Notes: a model not told the origin generated them from the sequence alone. Shown: positions 49,701-64,000, counted from the stretch's first letter. The stretch: 64,000 nt of DNA from Geosiphon pyriformis uo1 (GCA_016748015.1 JAAOMT010000529.1:252848-316847), one strand, 5' to 3'. Translations and numbers: made by a program.

Positions 49701-52700
49701 GGCCATTTTTTATTATTACTACAACATACATCTATTGTAGACAATTTTTTGCCACAATTAACACAGATCAGTTTGGGTCTATGATAGTAAGTTTGAGATA
49801 TGACAATATATGGTGTGTATATAGATATGGTAACTTATATAAGATCTTCTTCTTTTTTTTTCTCTTTTTTTTTTTTCTCCCAAGTCAATATTGATAATAA
49901 TTTGTTGTGTTCTTTTTTGTCAGTCTATAAGACTTGATAGGCTTTTTAGGTAAGTTTTTTTTCTTTTTCCTTGAACTCAATTAATAGTGCTGGTATATTG
50001 GTAGTCTTGAAGTAATTGCAGGTTGCTAGTACTTGAATATGTTGACTATTGACTGTTAACTGAAGTTCTTGAGTGTTTTAGTCAAGGATAACATTGGTTT
50101 TAGACAGCCAGTCATTACCAATAAGGGCTTGGTATTGAGTGGCTTCTATTACTAATATCTTAATCATAATAATAATACTGTTGACTTTAAATAGAAAATC
50201 ATTAATCTTGCCAATAAGAGTTTTCATTGCTCTATTGGCTGTAATAATTCAGACATTGGCAGTATGATCAACTTGATAACCTAATTGGTTCATAAGTTGT
50301 TAGATAATAATGCTGTCTGCTGAATCAGTTTAATAGACTGACTATTAACTTTAGCATTAGTGTATATTGCAGTAATTAGTTTCATGTGAAAAGTAACTTC
50401 ACTAAATAAAAGAGTTTCTGATAGTTTTTTAAGTTCAAAGAAAAAGATGGCAGCCAATAATTCATCCTTAGTAATAGTAGCTAGAAATATGTTGTTAGAA
50501 AGTAGTTAGAGTTGATTGAATTCTTGTTTGCTAAATTCAGCATCTTCTGCAATAACCAAAAGACTTAAGTAGTTCTGGGAATTTGGGTTTTGGTTGTACC
50601 CAGTTCCTGAACTCCATTGATGAGATCCTGATGGCTGACTTAATAAACTGGAGATTGGTTGATATATTACTATTGCCAATCTCCAGTTTTGATATATATG
50701 TGTATTTCTCAGTCTTTGGTTTCTAAATAACATCTGAGCTATGTTTTATGGTGGTGTTAGAATAGATTGGAGTTGATAAAATACTGGTGGCTGCAGTTGA
50801 TAAATAATTGGGACTGGAGTTTGATAGATTGAAAGTATATATAGTGGTTGTAGCATTATTTGCAAGTAATAGAGTTAATATTAATCTTAATTTGGTAAAT
50901 AATTCAGAGTTTGGAACTGGCAATCAGAGTTTTGATATTGATTTTCCGATTGTTGATGAGTTAATCTTAATCAACAGTCTATTTTTATGTGTTTTTGTTT
51001 ACCACAGTAATGGCAAATGCATGTCTTTTGCTGTCACTACTAATTTGATAAAGATTAACATAACTAATTTTGGAGTCAATTAGAACTTTCTTGATTATTA
51101 TGTTATTGTAAAGGTTGATAAATGATCTGGTTGTTAACTAAGTATTCTTTCAATTTCTGGTTGATTAAATTACTGAATTGTTTCAATTTGAAATTCAATT
51201 CAGATGATCTGTTCATTACTAGATTTACAGCTTGGACATAATTGGCTTTGAGTTTAGCTGATTCAAAGTCTTTAGCATGTGTGACTGTGGCTTGAAAATT
51301 GCCTAGATGTAATAGACATATGTATTGTAAGATACTACTACACAGATCATGAATAAACTGGTTCAAAATCTGCAGTTCTGTAAAGTAGGCTGCATTAATT
51401 ACTTGAATTTGGCACAAAGTTCAGTAGAAGCATTTCAAGTAAATAATAACTGCTTCAGTATCTTCTTGTTTAATAATAGTGAAAGTATTGGCTAAGTAGT
51501 TGATGCTGTTATTATTACTAAAATATCTTAGGAACTTAAGTTTAAACATGTTGAAATCTTGGGATTTATTTACCAAGCTTTGATATTACAAATTAACAGT
51601 ATCTTGAAGAAAGTATAAGATAACTTGCAGTACTCTGGCATCATTCCATTTATTGGCTTCAATGGCTTTTTCTACATCATTTAGTCATGTTTGCATATTA
51701 TCCTCTTTACCAGTAATTTTTCTAATTTGGTAATTGATACATAGGCTATTAGTGCTACAATCAGTTGTTGTGGTGGGTTTGGTTGTTGTTGAGGTTGTGG
51801 CAGCAGCTGAAGTTGTGTGACAATTGGTATAATTGGGGGGGGAGAGGGATTAATAACAATTTCTGGAGGTAAGTTTGGTTGATTAATAATGGCAGAGTTT
51901 GGATTGTTCTGATTTTGCTGGATTAGAACAGTCAGAGTTTAAATTTCTGGGTTTTCTGAGATTGGATTTTGATAATTAAATTCTTAATTGTTGTTTTTCT
52001 CTTCCTCTAATTCCATTAATTCCCAAAGGCTAATAGTTCTGAAATCAGGTTGATGTGACAGGAATTGAAATCCTGATGGTGTAGATAATTAATTTGTTGT
52101 AGAAATTTTCTCTTGTGAATTTAGTATTTACTGATTTTCCTAAGTATAATAAAATTCTTTTATTAATGTAGAAATTAAAGACTAATTCTGCTAATAAGTG
52201 ATTACTGGTTAGTTCTAAGCATTGACAATAGTATTGAAATAAAAATTTAGTGAATCCTAAATGATTTGTCTTTATTTTTTCTGATTTTGCCACTTTTGAA
52301 TAGTTGTTACTAGTACTAGTTTTCTGTAAAATTATACCTTACAGAGAGCACCAAATGTTATTGGTGATTATTTGGGAATATAGAAACAAATAACAAACTT
52401 ATAACTTGGTGCTTAATAGTTTAATAGTGTTGGTATTATTTGAAGGGTTTAATATCTGAAGATTTTGGTTGAGTTTTTTGTATAATAAACAGAAATTTAA
52501 GTGTTGTTTTTCTCATAGCTTTCCAAAATTGCAATTCCATCAAATTTTTTTCTCAGTGTGGTGACCAACAATTCTCTTAGTAAGTTATTTTTAATAATGA
52601 GTATTCTACTTTTGTTTCTGGGTCTTTTATCAGTATTATATCCTGATATCAGTACTTCCATATATTAATCAATCAGTAAACAAACAAACAAAAAAAAATA

Positions 52701-53235
52701 AAAAATAAAAATAAAAAAAATAATGAAAAAAAAAAACAAAATAAGCCAAGACAAGAAAAAATTAGTATCCTATCAATAGCTGTAATTAAGAGCTATTGGT
52801 CCAATGTGATTAAATATTAGATACTATTAATATCTTATGTTAATAGTGAGGAGATAGATTTAGATAGTGAATATTTATTTTATTAATATTGATGATTATT
52901 TAACTAAAGATTCTTGGGTTTTATTCTAACTAAGATGTCTTTACTGCTAGATCTGTCTTTTTTGCTTCTAATACTCTTACTATATATACATAATTTGGGT
53001 TTTATGAAATTGTTCACATTTTCAAGTAATGTGTTATCATTTCTCGAACAATGCTTACATTGCTGAGCAATATGCCATAATTCCTGACAATGTTCCATAT
53101 TGTTAAACAATATGCCATAATTCTTAACAATGCTTTACATTGCTAAGCAATATGCTCACATGTTAACTACTAGTTTTCTATTGGTTTATCTGTTTTTTTC
53201 TACTATTTTTTTGTATGCTTTTTTTATAAATAATA
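43769..53235 (-). mobile_element. Gypsy-2: near full-length, more decayed copy of the same family, minus strand
   Basis: 5' LTR 52356-53235, PBS ~52337-52353, gag/PR/Cys-rich/dUTPase/RT/RH/IN/ORF3 remnants (ORFs at 51103, 49267, 48751, 47605, 47167, 46070, 45650), PPT ~44548-44559, 3' LTR 43769-44544 missing about 65 terminal bp. Confidence 0.93.
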
Positions 53236-56200
53236 CTGTTCCAAAGTAAACAGAAGAAAACAAAATTATTAGAAACATACAGCAATTATTTTGAGGAATT
53301 TAAATTGAAATCTTTAACACTATAAGAAATCCAATTACTGCCATTACAACCAGATTTTGAAGCTGGTAGTTCTTGAGAAATAACTGACTTCAAGAAAGAA
53401 GAAAACAATGATCAGAGAATTAATAATCAATCTCAGAAAACCCAGAAATACAAACTCTGATTATTCTAACTCTGCAAAATCAGAACAATCTAAATACTGC
53501 TCCTATTGTTCTCCAAAATTTATCTTTAGTAATCATAATCAATTTACCACCAAATGCACCAATTACCAAACATCAATAATAACAGTCACAACTATCATTC
53601 TAACAGCAACTACAATAAGAACTACAATTACAACAACTACTAATAGCATTGATCGCATATGCACCAATTGTCAAACTTGAGAAATTTATCAGTAAGGAGG
53701 ACAATATGCAAGTATAACTCAATAACATAGAAAAAACCATCAAGGCCAATAGATAGAATAATGCCAAGCATTATAAACAATTTCATATTTTCTTCAGAAT
53801 ACCACTAATTCCTAATATCAAAGTCTGATTCAGAAATCCCAAGATTTTAACACATTTAAAGTTGAATTTTTAAGATATTTTAGTAATAATAATAGCATCA
53901 ATTAATTAGCCAATACTTTCACAACTATTAAACAAGAAGATACTAAAGCTGTTACTACTTACTTAGGATGCTTTTACAGAAATCTGTGCCAAATTCAAGT
54001 CATTGATGCCAATTATTTTACAGTAGCCCAAATCTTGAATCAGTTTATTTGTGAAATACACAGCAGCATCCTGTAATACATATGTCTATTACATTCAGTC
54101 ATACTTCAAACTACAGTTAATTATGCCAAAGACTTTGAATTAGCTGAACTAGAAACTAATTATGCTTAAGCTGTAAACTTAGTAATAAACAGATCATTTG
54201 ATCTGGATTCCAAATTGAAACAATTCAATGACTCAATTAACTAAAAGCTTGAAAGATACTTAGCTAACAACTAGGCAATTTATTAACCTCCACAATGGTG
54301 AAATAATTAAAAAAACTCCAATTATTTTTAAAATCAGTCATGTCTATTATTATTGATGAATCAATTATAACAACCAAAGACATGTATTTGTTACAACTAT
54401 AGAAGACAAAACTATCTTAGAATAGATTGCTGTATCAAATTTGATAACCAATAATCAGAAAATCAATATAAAAACCCCAATTACCAGTTCTAAACTCCGA
54501 ATTACAACTCAAATCAAGATTAATATTAGCCCTATTACTCACCTATAATGCAATAAATATACTCACTTTTAATATATTAAACTCTGGTACTTGTAATATA
54601 TCAACTACAGTCACAAATTATCTATTAACCACAACAACTTCAAACACCACCACAAAACTCAGTTCCAATAACACACAGAAATCAAAGACTAAGAATCACA
54701 CACATCCAACAAAATTGAAAATTGGTAATAGTAATATATTAACTAATCTTTAGTTCATTGAACCAGTCATTAGAACCCTGCCAGCAAAGTTCAAAAACTG
54801 AATATAGCCAAAACCCAAATTTCCAGAACTATTTAAGTTTCTTGGTGACCTCAGAAAACATCTTATTCTACAATCAAAAAACCAACCAAATGCCACTTAC
54901 TAATAATATACCTTCAGCAATTATTGTTACAAGTGATTATTTAAGATCTCAAAGCAAATAACAAACCTGTAATTTGGTGCTTAATTAATATAAGTGGTTG
55001 GTACTATCTAAAAATATTGTTGATCTGAAGGTTTTGTAGTAGAGTTTTTTGTATAATGGACAGAGATTCAGTGGTGATTGTAGTAGTTTTCTGGAATTGC
55101 AATTTTTGCCCAATTTCTTTCTCAGCTTGGTGGCCAGATTTATTTTGGCAGTTGTGCCCTTTTGGTAAGTTATCTGTTAATATATATATAATTCTACTCT
55201 TATTTTTGGGTCTTTTATCAGGCTATCTTTGACATCAATAATTCAGCACTTAATTCTCAATTAATTAGCAAACACAACAAAATAAAGAAAATAAAAAAGA
55301 TAAAGAAAAGATAAAAAAAATAAGCCAAGACAATTTGCATATTAGTATCCTATCAATAGCTATAATCAAGAGCTATTGTTCTAGTGTGGTTAAGTATCAA
55401 TTACCATTAACATGAAATGTTGATAGTGAGGAATAGATTAAGATAGTGAATAATTATTTATTGATATTTGTGAATGAAAACTGTGACATCTGTCTTTTCT
55501 GCTTTTAATGCTATCACTATATATACTTAATTTATGTTCTATGAGATTGCTTACACTTCTGAACAATGTGCTATAATTTCTTGAACAATGTTTATATTGC
55601 TAAACAATGTGCCTTAATTTTTTAATATTACTCCACATTGTTGAGTAATGTGTCATAATTTCTAACATTGTTCCATATTGCTGAGCAATGTGCTCATGTG
55701 TTAACTACTACTCTCCTTATTGGTCTACTGTTTTTCTATATCTGTTTTTTTTTATGAGTAACATTATTACCAACAATGAATTATTGGCTGCTATCTTTTC
55801 CTTTGAACTTGAAGAACTGACAGCAAAACCCTTATTTAGTAGAGCTACTTTTGATACAAAGTTCATCACAGCAATGTACACTAATGCCAAAGTTGATGGT
55901 CACTTCATTAAACTAATTTTAGATAGTGGTTTAGCAGACAGCATTATCACTAAGCAACTTATAGACCAATTAGGTCACTGAGTTAATTGTGCTATCAGTG
56001 CCAAAATAATAATGGCTAATAGAGCAACAAAAACTCCAATCAGCAAAATTGATGACTTTTCATTTGAAGTTAGTGGCATCATCATGCTTATAAAGATTCT
56101 TGTTATGGACATCACACAGTACCAAGTACTAGCTACCTGTGGTCACTTCAAAACCACCATAATAACACCATTAATAAAATTTGAGAAAAAAGAGAGAAAA

Positions 56201-59200
56201 TCTATTTGGGAAGTCTACCAAGTCTTATGGACTAATACTGATCACAATAAATTACCACCAATATTCTCTTGAAATAACAAAGGAAAAAAAAAAAAGAAAA
56301 TGAGCTATCAACAAACACTACCAATTGCAATACCACTAGTGACTAAAAAAAATTATACTTAACTAATACTAGACTAGAACCTCTACATATACCATTAAAA
56401 TATAAGGACTGTAGAAAAAAGCTTTTATCTATGGGAGTCTGAATTTCATCCAACAAAAACTATTGAATACAAACACATTATTATTGTAAGCCATATTATA
56501 AAAAATGCTATGGTTACTCTAAGCAACAAGACAAGTGGGACAACAAACCATGTTTTGTTTGTGGCAAACAGTTATTTGATGAAGGAATATGAAATAACAT
56601 TCCTGGTTAAGGAAAAACATATGACACTTCATGTCAATACACAATTCTCATAAACAATTGGATAAGTTATGATACATCCATCAATGCAGCATGGCATTGA
56701 ATAATTTTTTGCTTGAATGGCTATTCACATGATAAAAACAAAATTTAGCAAATAGCCAATGCCAAAGTTGAAGGCACTTTGCCCAGTAAAATATTAAAGA
56801 TCAAAAACAACCCACCAGAACCAGTTGAAACAGTTCTTATTCCCAACTCTGATGCTTTTTTAGACATTAAAATAGGCCCAAAAAAATTCCACAAGCATTA
56901 TTAAAACTTAGCACCAACCAGAGAAAGAGCAAAAACAACAGCTAAAATAATTAAATACTCAACTATGCAGATATTGTTTAATTTCCAGTGATTTTAAATA
57001 TTGTAATAATTGTAATGTTGTTTACAATCCACTACTATGCATGATCTACACAATCCCAGAAAAAAAAAACTTATCAGCAATTGTGTATCAGAATCAGAAT
57101 CAAAATTTAATTCTGATTCAAACTCTGACAATGACAACAAAAACAATGGTTTCAGTTCAGTCCAAAATGGCAATACTAACAACAATAATTTAAACTTCAA
57201 TTCAAACCTCAAATAATAGATCATGCTCCAATCTGTCAAAGGAACAAGAACTCAAATGGTTCAGTAATAATAATAAAGATATTATGTCAGAACAAGCACA
57301 TGATACCAATACAAAGTTTGATTTAAAATATTCAGAAAAAAATGCCATCAAATTGAAACCACATTTATGCATTTGTATTGATCTGAAAGTAACACTGAAA
57401 ATTCTAGCAACAACAATGATTCAACTAGCATCTAGAAATAGTTTAGCAAAAAAAGAAATTAATATAAGAAGAAGAATAATTGATGCAAAATATATAGAAA
57501 ATATTATTACAATACTATAAAATGATTCAAAAAAACCATATATTATTGAACTAAATAAAAAAATAGCACAGACAATATTTCTATTTTTGGTTAAAATAGC
57601 TTAGTTAGTATTAGTAGGAAATAGAAAAGAATTAGGAATGACAGCAAAAGGGATAAATGAATTCAGATTTATGGATAAAATAGATATACCAGTTAATATG
57701 ACAAAGGAAAAAGTTATTAACAAGAGAGAAATTATCTCCATTTGTCAATTAATTTCTATTCCATTATATGACCAGTATTTAGTAGTTATAGAAAGAAAAA
57801 TAGAAGATTATTCTCAAATTTTTGAAGCAGAAGCTACCATTTGTAAATCAGAAGAAATTACTATCACCAATCTCTAAATACCAGCTAAAAATAACAAACA
57901 CATCAAAATTCTGATTTACAACACAATTAAAGACACCATCAAAATACCAAGTAAAACTATTATCAGATATTTAAGCATTGAAGTTGAAGACCAACTACCA
58001 AGCACCATTCCAAATTTTTCACAACTATACAGATATGTGAATATTACATCACAAGCAATATATAAGCAAGAAGAATGTTATTTGCTCCAACCAAAACAAC
58101 CAAAACAAATAAACTTGAGATATCTAAACCCATTTTAACAGATGCAACTTAAGATGTTGCTTAATAATTTTACTGACATTTTCACCAGCAAAAACAAATT
58201 TGGCAGAACTGACATCATCTAACACCAAATCAAAACTGAAGAGACAATGCTGATTAAACAAAGAGCATACAAAATATTACCAGCAAGTTATGAAATCATT
58301 CAACAGAAAATCAACCAGATGTTAAACAATGGATTAATTTAACTATTAATAAGTCTATAATTATTACCAGTAGTACTAGTTCAGAAAAAGAATGGAAAAA
58401 TTTGCTTTTGTGTGAATTACAGAAAACTTAACAGTGTTACTTATGAAGACAGCTATTCAACTCCACAGATTCAAAAATTATTCAATGCTTTTAAAAGGAA
58501 AAAATAGTTCTCAACATTAGATTTGGACAGTGGTTACTGACAAGTAGCCATAAAACTGGAAAACAAAGAAAAAACCACTTTTACAATCAAAGAAAAAAAT
58601 TTTGAATTTGAAATAATGTCATTTAATTTGACCAATGTACCAGTCATTTTTTAATGGCTTATAGAAATTGTTTATATTGGACTACTATGAAAATTAGTAG
58701 TTATATACTTGGACAATACAAACATATTTTCAAGAACATTTAATGACCATCTTCACCATTTTTAACAAGTGTTCAAAAGATTAAGGAGAGCTGGATTAAA
58801 GTTGAATGCAAACAAATGCTTTTTTGACAAAACAAAACTGAAATTTTTGAGACATGTTGTAAGCAAAGACAGCATTAAGACAGATTCAGACAAGATTAAA
58901 ATCGTCAAAAACTTTCCAGTACTAACATATCTTATCAAATTAAGAGCATTTCTAAAATTTGTGAAATATTACTACCACTTTATCCAGAACTTTTCTAAAC
59001 TGGCCCAACCACTTTACCAACTTCAAACTAAAAATGTAAAATACAAATAAACTAAAGCTCAACAAAAAGCTTTCAATATTCTAAGAAAAAAGCTTATTTA
59101 AGCACCAGTATTAATCTATTCAAATTATAGCAAGCCATTTATCATTACTACTGATACATATGGTCAAGTATTAAGAACTGTACTATCTTAGAAAAGACTA

Positions 59201-62154
59201 AATAAACAAGAACATCCAGTAATATATGTCAGCCAAAGCTTAAGTTTAGTAAAAAAAAACTATAGTACATTAGCATTAGAACACTTAGCTATCTATTAGG
59301 CAGTTATGAAATGAAAAGAATATTTAAACCAGAAATTTAAAATATACACTGATTACAAAGAATTAACATTAATCCAGAAGCAAGAATTTGGAGATGACTG
59401 CCATGTCAAATAAAAAATAGAATTTTCATTATTTAAATATATTGTACATTACAAAAAGAGAAAAAAAAACAGAAATGCTAATGGTTTGTCACAAATAAGA
59501 CAAATCTAAGAACATTTTAACCCAAAAATATAACAAAAGATAAATACACAAAAATATCAACAACTTCAATATTATATTAATACCCAATAATTCAAGAAGA
59601 AATTATCTCAAAAAAAACAAAACAACATAAAACAACAATTAAAATATTTTATTACTTACCAAAATATATTATATCAAAAAAATAGAAAGAATTCAGATCA
59701 ACCACTTAGAATAATCACAAAACCAAAGAAAAAAACAATACTATATAACATGCATTCAAATCCAATAGCAAGACATTTTCATAAAAAAGCAACCATGAAA
59801 AAAACCAGAAAAAGATATTATTAGCCATTAATATATTGAGACATCATCTATTATGTTCAAAATTGTGATGCTTATTAAAGAAAAAAAGGAACAAAACCCA
59901 ATAAACCATTAAAACCAATTAGAATAGAATAATTATTTAATAAAATTGAAATTAACTTAATTAAATTATTAACAATAACCAGTAAAGGCAATTATTATAT
60001 AACAGTTATCATAGATTATTTCACAAAATAACCAGAGGTAAAAGCAATTCAAAGAGCAGGTGCAAAATTTGTAACTGAATTTGTTTACCAAAATTTGATT
60101 TATTAACATAAATGTTCAAAAAAATTACTATTAGATCAAAAACTCACTTTGTAAACAGAACATTAACAGAATTAAGCCAAAGATTTAGAATTAAGAGACC
60201 ATTATTATCACTATATCATCCATAAACAAACAGTTTGGTTGAAAGATTCAACAAAATATTGTGTAAAGCAATCACCAAAATCAGTCAAAAAAATCAGGAT
60301 GAATGGAATTTGTTTATACTATTAATACTATTTGTTTATTAAACAATAAAACAAGATACTATATAAGCAACATCATTTAAATTAGTATATAGTAGAACAG
60401 CAACATTACCAGTTAAAATAGTTGTTAATACATATCTAACTGAACCAATAACAGAAGACAATTTTTAAAACACATTGTTGAAAAAAACATATAAATTAAT
60501 AGAAACTCTAGAATACAAATAAAAAAGAACAGTTGATAATATTCAAAAGTCACAAAAAAAACAAAAAGAATGACATGATAACCAATTACCAAATAAACCA
60601 GTTGAATTCAGGATTGAAAACAAAGTATTCTTACATCATACCAAAGTGGAAAAACAATGGAATAAAAAATTTGATCTCAAATAGAACAGACTATTTCACA
60701 TTAAAAAAATTCTAGGAAATGAAGCTTACAAACTAAGATAAGACAATAAAATCTTAGTTAAAGCAGCACATAAAAATTAACTAAAATTATATCACAATAT
60801 AATGTTATTATTTATCAGTAATATTTTATAACTGAGAGTACAACAAATACTAGTCCAACCAGATAAAATTTCACAAAATCTGGAACCAATTATAGTTATT
60901 AATACAAACATATCAAATTGATCAACCAAAATAATATATAAAAACACAGTATATGTGACCAAAAGCAACAATAAAAGATAGAAATTACTGATGACATCCA
61001 TTTATTTACACAACAACTATTTCAATTGATTTAATAAACAAACCTGAAAATCACCATTAACCAATAAATCATTTGGTATAAAGATAATCAAAAGAAAACC
61101 CAATGTAAGATGCACAAAAAATTGGAAAATACTATAGACAAGATAATAGCAAAAGTAAAGTTGTTAATAAAAACATTAGAAACAGTTATACTATACCAAA
61201 AAGTAACCAAAAAAACTTAAAATTGGTGATTACAACAATTTTTAAGAAACTTTTATTATTATTACTTAGAACAAAAACTAAATATTCAAAACTTATACAT
61301 AAACAAAACAAAACAGTTATTCAATACAACAATACTACAACAATTAAAACAATTTGTTTACATAAACATGAGCCATATATTGGCTATATGTAAGATTTCA
61401 AAATCAACCAGCCATACTACTTTATTCAACAATGAACACAGTTACAATTAATCAATGGGGAAAAATGATCAATACCCAATTTAAAGAATTACAGATCAAA
61501 ATAACTCAAGTAATTCTTGAAAAAAAAGTCCAGAAATTAATCAAAGAAAGAAAATTAGAAGATATAAAAGATCTTGACAGAGCTTAATATTAAAAAAAGA
61601 AGATAATATTACTCATAAAATATAGAAATTATATATTAATACACAAAGTAGCCAATCAGAATAAGACATAGTAAAAGTGGAATTCCAGGATTTTTCTTAA
61701 AGAAATTACAGAATTCCAAAATTACAAGATTCCAGAATTTCAGAAATCTTGTATACTGAAATTTATGTATATATAGCAATAGCATTAGAAACAAAAAGAG
61801 CAGAATACCCAGTTAAAAATTCTTAGTTTAGAACTTTTAATTTCAATTCCCTATCTATCTCTTCATATGATAGTATTCTATGACTTGAAATAGAAACATC
61901 AATTATTAATAAAATACTTGTTATCATCACAATTTATTTTTTTACTATTAACAACTCATATTGATAGCATCTAATACTTAATCACATTAGACCAATAGCT
62001 TTTAATTACAGTTATTAACAGAATACAAATTTTTTTTGTCTTGACTTATTTCATTTTTTCTTTTCATTATTTTCTTTATCTCTTTTCATTATTTTCTTTT
62101 CTTTTGCTTTGTTTTATTGTGAATTTACTAATTGCTTAAAAGATTAATGCACAG
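53236..62154 (+). mobile_element. Gypsy-3: 5'-truncated, heavily decayed copy interrupted by a solo LTR and by Gypsy-4
   Basis: Starts in gag sequence homologous to Gypsy-1 ~33357; PR LILDSG (~55915), dUTPase (57284), RT (58320-59050), IN, ORF3; PPT 61592-61603; 3' LTR begins at 61607 and is cut at 62154. Confidence 0.9.
54925..55763 (-). mobile_element. Solo LTR (839 bp) inserted in Gypsy-3
   Basis: TGTTAC...GTAACA termini, perfect TSD TTAT at 54921-54924 and 55764-55767. Removing it restores PSAIITNNE, matching Gypsy-1 at ~35115-35141. Confidence 0.95.
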
Positions 62155-64000
62155 TGTTATAGGTAATTATTTGGGGTCTTAAAGCAAATAACAAACTCAT
62201 AACTTGGTGCTTAATTGATTTAATAATATTGATAATATTAGTATGTCAGTTGTATCTAAAAGTTTTTTTGTTAGAGTTTTTTGTATAATAAACAGAGAGT
62301 TAATTAATTGTTTTATCTGTAGCTTTCCAAAACTACAGTTTTGTTAATTTTTTTCTCAGTGTAATGACCAGTAATCCTTCTGGTAAGATATCCTTAATTC
62401 TGAGTGTCTATTCTTATTTCTGGGTCATTTACCAGTATTATATCTTGACATTAGTACCCCCATGTGTTAATTCTCTTAATTGAATTAGTAGTAAAAGAAA
62501 TCAAAAGAAAATAAAAGAAATAAAAGAAGAAAATAAAGAAAATTAAAGAAATAAGCTAAAACAGTTTTGTAAGTTAGTATCCTGTCAATAGTTGTGATTA
62601 AGAGCTATTGTTCCAGTGTGTTTAAGTATTAACTACTATTAACATGAAGTGTTAATAGTGGAGAGTAGATTGAGATAGTGAATAATTTATTTATTGATAT
62701 TTGTGGATGGAAAATTGCTTAGATCAAATCTAAATGGAAAGGTCTATCTTTTCTGCTTCTAAAACTACTACTATATATACATAATTGAAATTCCTTAATT
62801 CCTCAATTTTTTACACCAGGAATTCTGCAATTTCTTATATGAGAATTCTGAAATTCTTGGAATTCTGCAATTTCTCTTGAGAGGAATCTTAGAATTCCAT
62901 ATTTACTATGGCTACTTTTGATTAGCTAATTTATATGCTAATTATATGTTTTATATTCCATAAGTAACATTATTCTCTCCTTTTAATATTGAGCTCCATC
63001 GAAATTTTCCAAATTTTCTAATTCTAATTCTCTATTTTTGAGTATTTCCCGAACTTTTTTTTCAAAAATTACTTGTGCTATCTTGTTTTGTAAGTCTTTA
63101 AATTGGGCATTGGTTATTTTTTCTATTTGGTTAATAGTAATAGAGTTCATTTCTGAATTGAGTAAAATTTCTGGTTGATTTTGAAATCTAGTATATAGCT
63201 AATAAATGGCTCTTGCTTGTGTAGTCAAATTGTTCTCTCTCACAAATTGTTTCAGTTATTGCAGTATTGTTGTGTCAAATAATTGTTTTGTTTTATCTAT
63301 GTACAAATTCTGAATGTTCAAGTGTCATTCTAAGTAGAAGTAACAAAAGTTCTTTGGAAATTCACGTATCCACCATTTCCATATTTTTTTGGTCAATTCT
63401 TAATATGTGGTGATATTTATTGGTTCTTCTATTGCTAATTTTATTTTCAGAACCATTTTATTAATAGTGTTTTCTGTTTTTTTTTGAATTTTATATTTAG
63501 ATATCTTTTTGGTATTTTGGTATTAAATAGTTTATTGGTTGATAGTAATTTTCATATTCTGTTGTTAAATCAATTGGAATAGTTGTTGTGCTAGTGAGTG
63601 GATATCATTAGTGATTTTCATTTTTCTGAAGTCTTCCGTCACATTTATCATGTCTTTATATACTCTTTTATTGTTCAATTTTACATGTTTGATTCAATAA
63701 TTATGATTGGTTTCAGATCTCATGAAATCTCACCTGGTTGGATTAGTATTCACTATACTTTCAGTTGTGAAATATTACTTATGGATAGTACCACTATATA
63801 GTAATATGGTTTCAGTCAATCACTATGTGCTGCTTTGATTAAAATTTTGTTGTTCAATCTTAATTTATAAGCTCCATTTTTAAGAATTTCTTTTATGTGA
63901 AATAGTCTGTCCCATTTAAGGTCAAATTTTTCACTCCATTGTTTTTTTGCTTTAGTACAATGTAAAAGTACTTTGTCTCCAATCTTGAATTCAACTGGTT
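62155..64000 (-). mobile_element. Gypsy-4: 3' end (integrase C-terminus, ORF3, PPT, 3' LTR 62155-62969), continues beyond window
   Basis: LTR with TG...CA termini at 62155 and 62969, purine tract at ~62973-62984 on the minus strand, ORF3 and integrase tail homologous to Gypsy-1 40165-41178. Confidence 0.92.

Overview
AT-rich, intron-rich eukaryotic DNA, most likely an early-diverging fungus (Glomeromycotina-like; the taxon is my inference and is unverified). The window has two parts. (1) A CpG-retaining gene island (~4.2-28.4 kb) with four genes: an intact 28-exon, ~4,901-aa RNF213/mysterin-like giant AAA+ ATPase/E3 ligase (minus strand; N-terminal 62-aa tandem repeats, CBM20-like domain, two intact AAA+ sites, variant RZ finger, no RING seen); 423 bp away and head-to-head, a 5-exon, 404-aa RING-ubiquitin-like-TerD gene whose RING is invisible in the ORF track; an 8-exon uracil-DNA glycosylase; and a low-complexity gene with weak Sic1/Rum1-like motifs. 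(2) CpG-depleted, transition-mutated transposon DNA on both flanks: LINE ORF1 relics, an ORF1-only retroelement, an RNase H-bearing LINE, and a nested stack of four related Gypsy elements plus a solo LTR. These Gypsy elements carry a Cys-rich insert, a dUTPase, an integrase apparently in its own ORF, and a third ORF whose subtype tracks the LTR U3 type. The best candidate for an undescribed system is the divergent pair of RING-less RNF213-like ligase and RING-Ubl-TerD protein, a possible fungal cell-autonomous immunity module. Exon models were built by hand from splice signals and phase consistency; no database searches were run.
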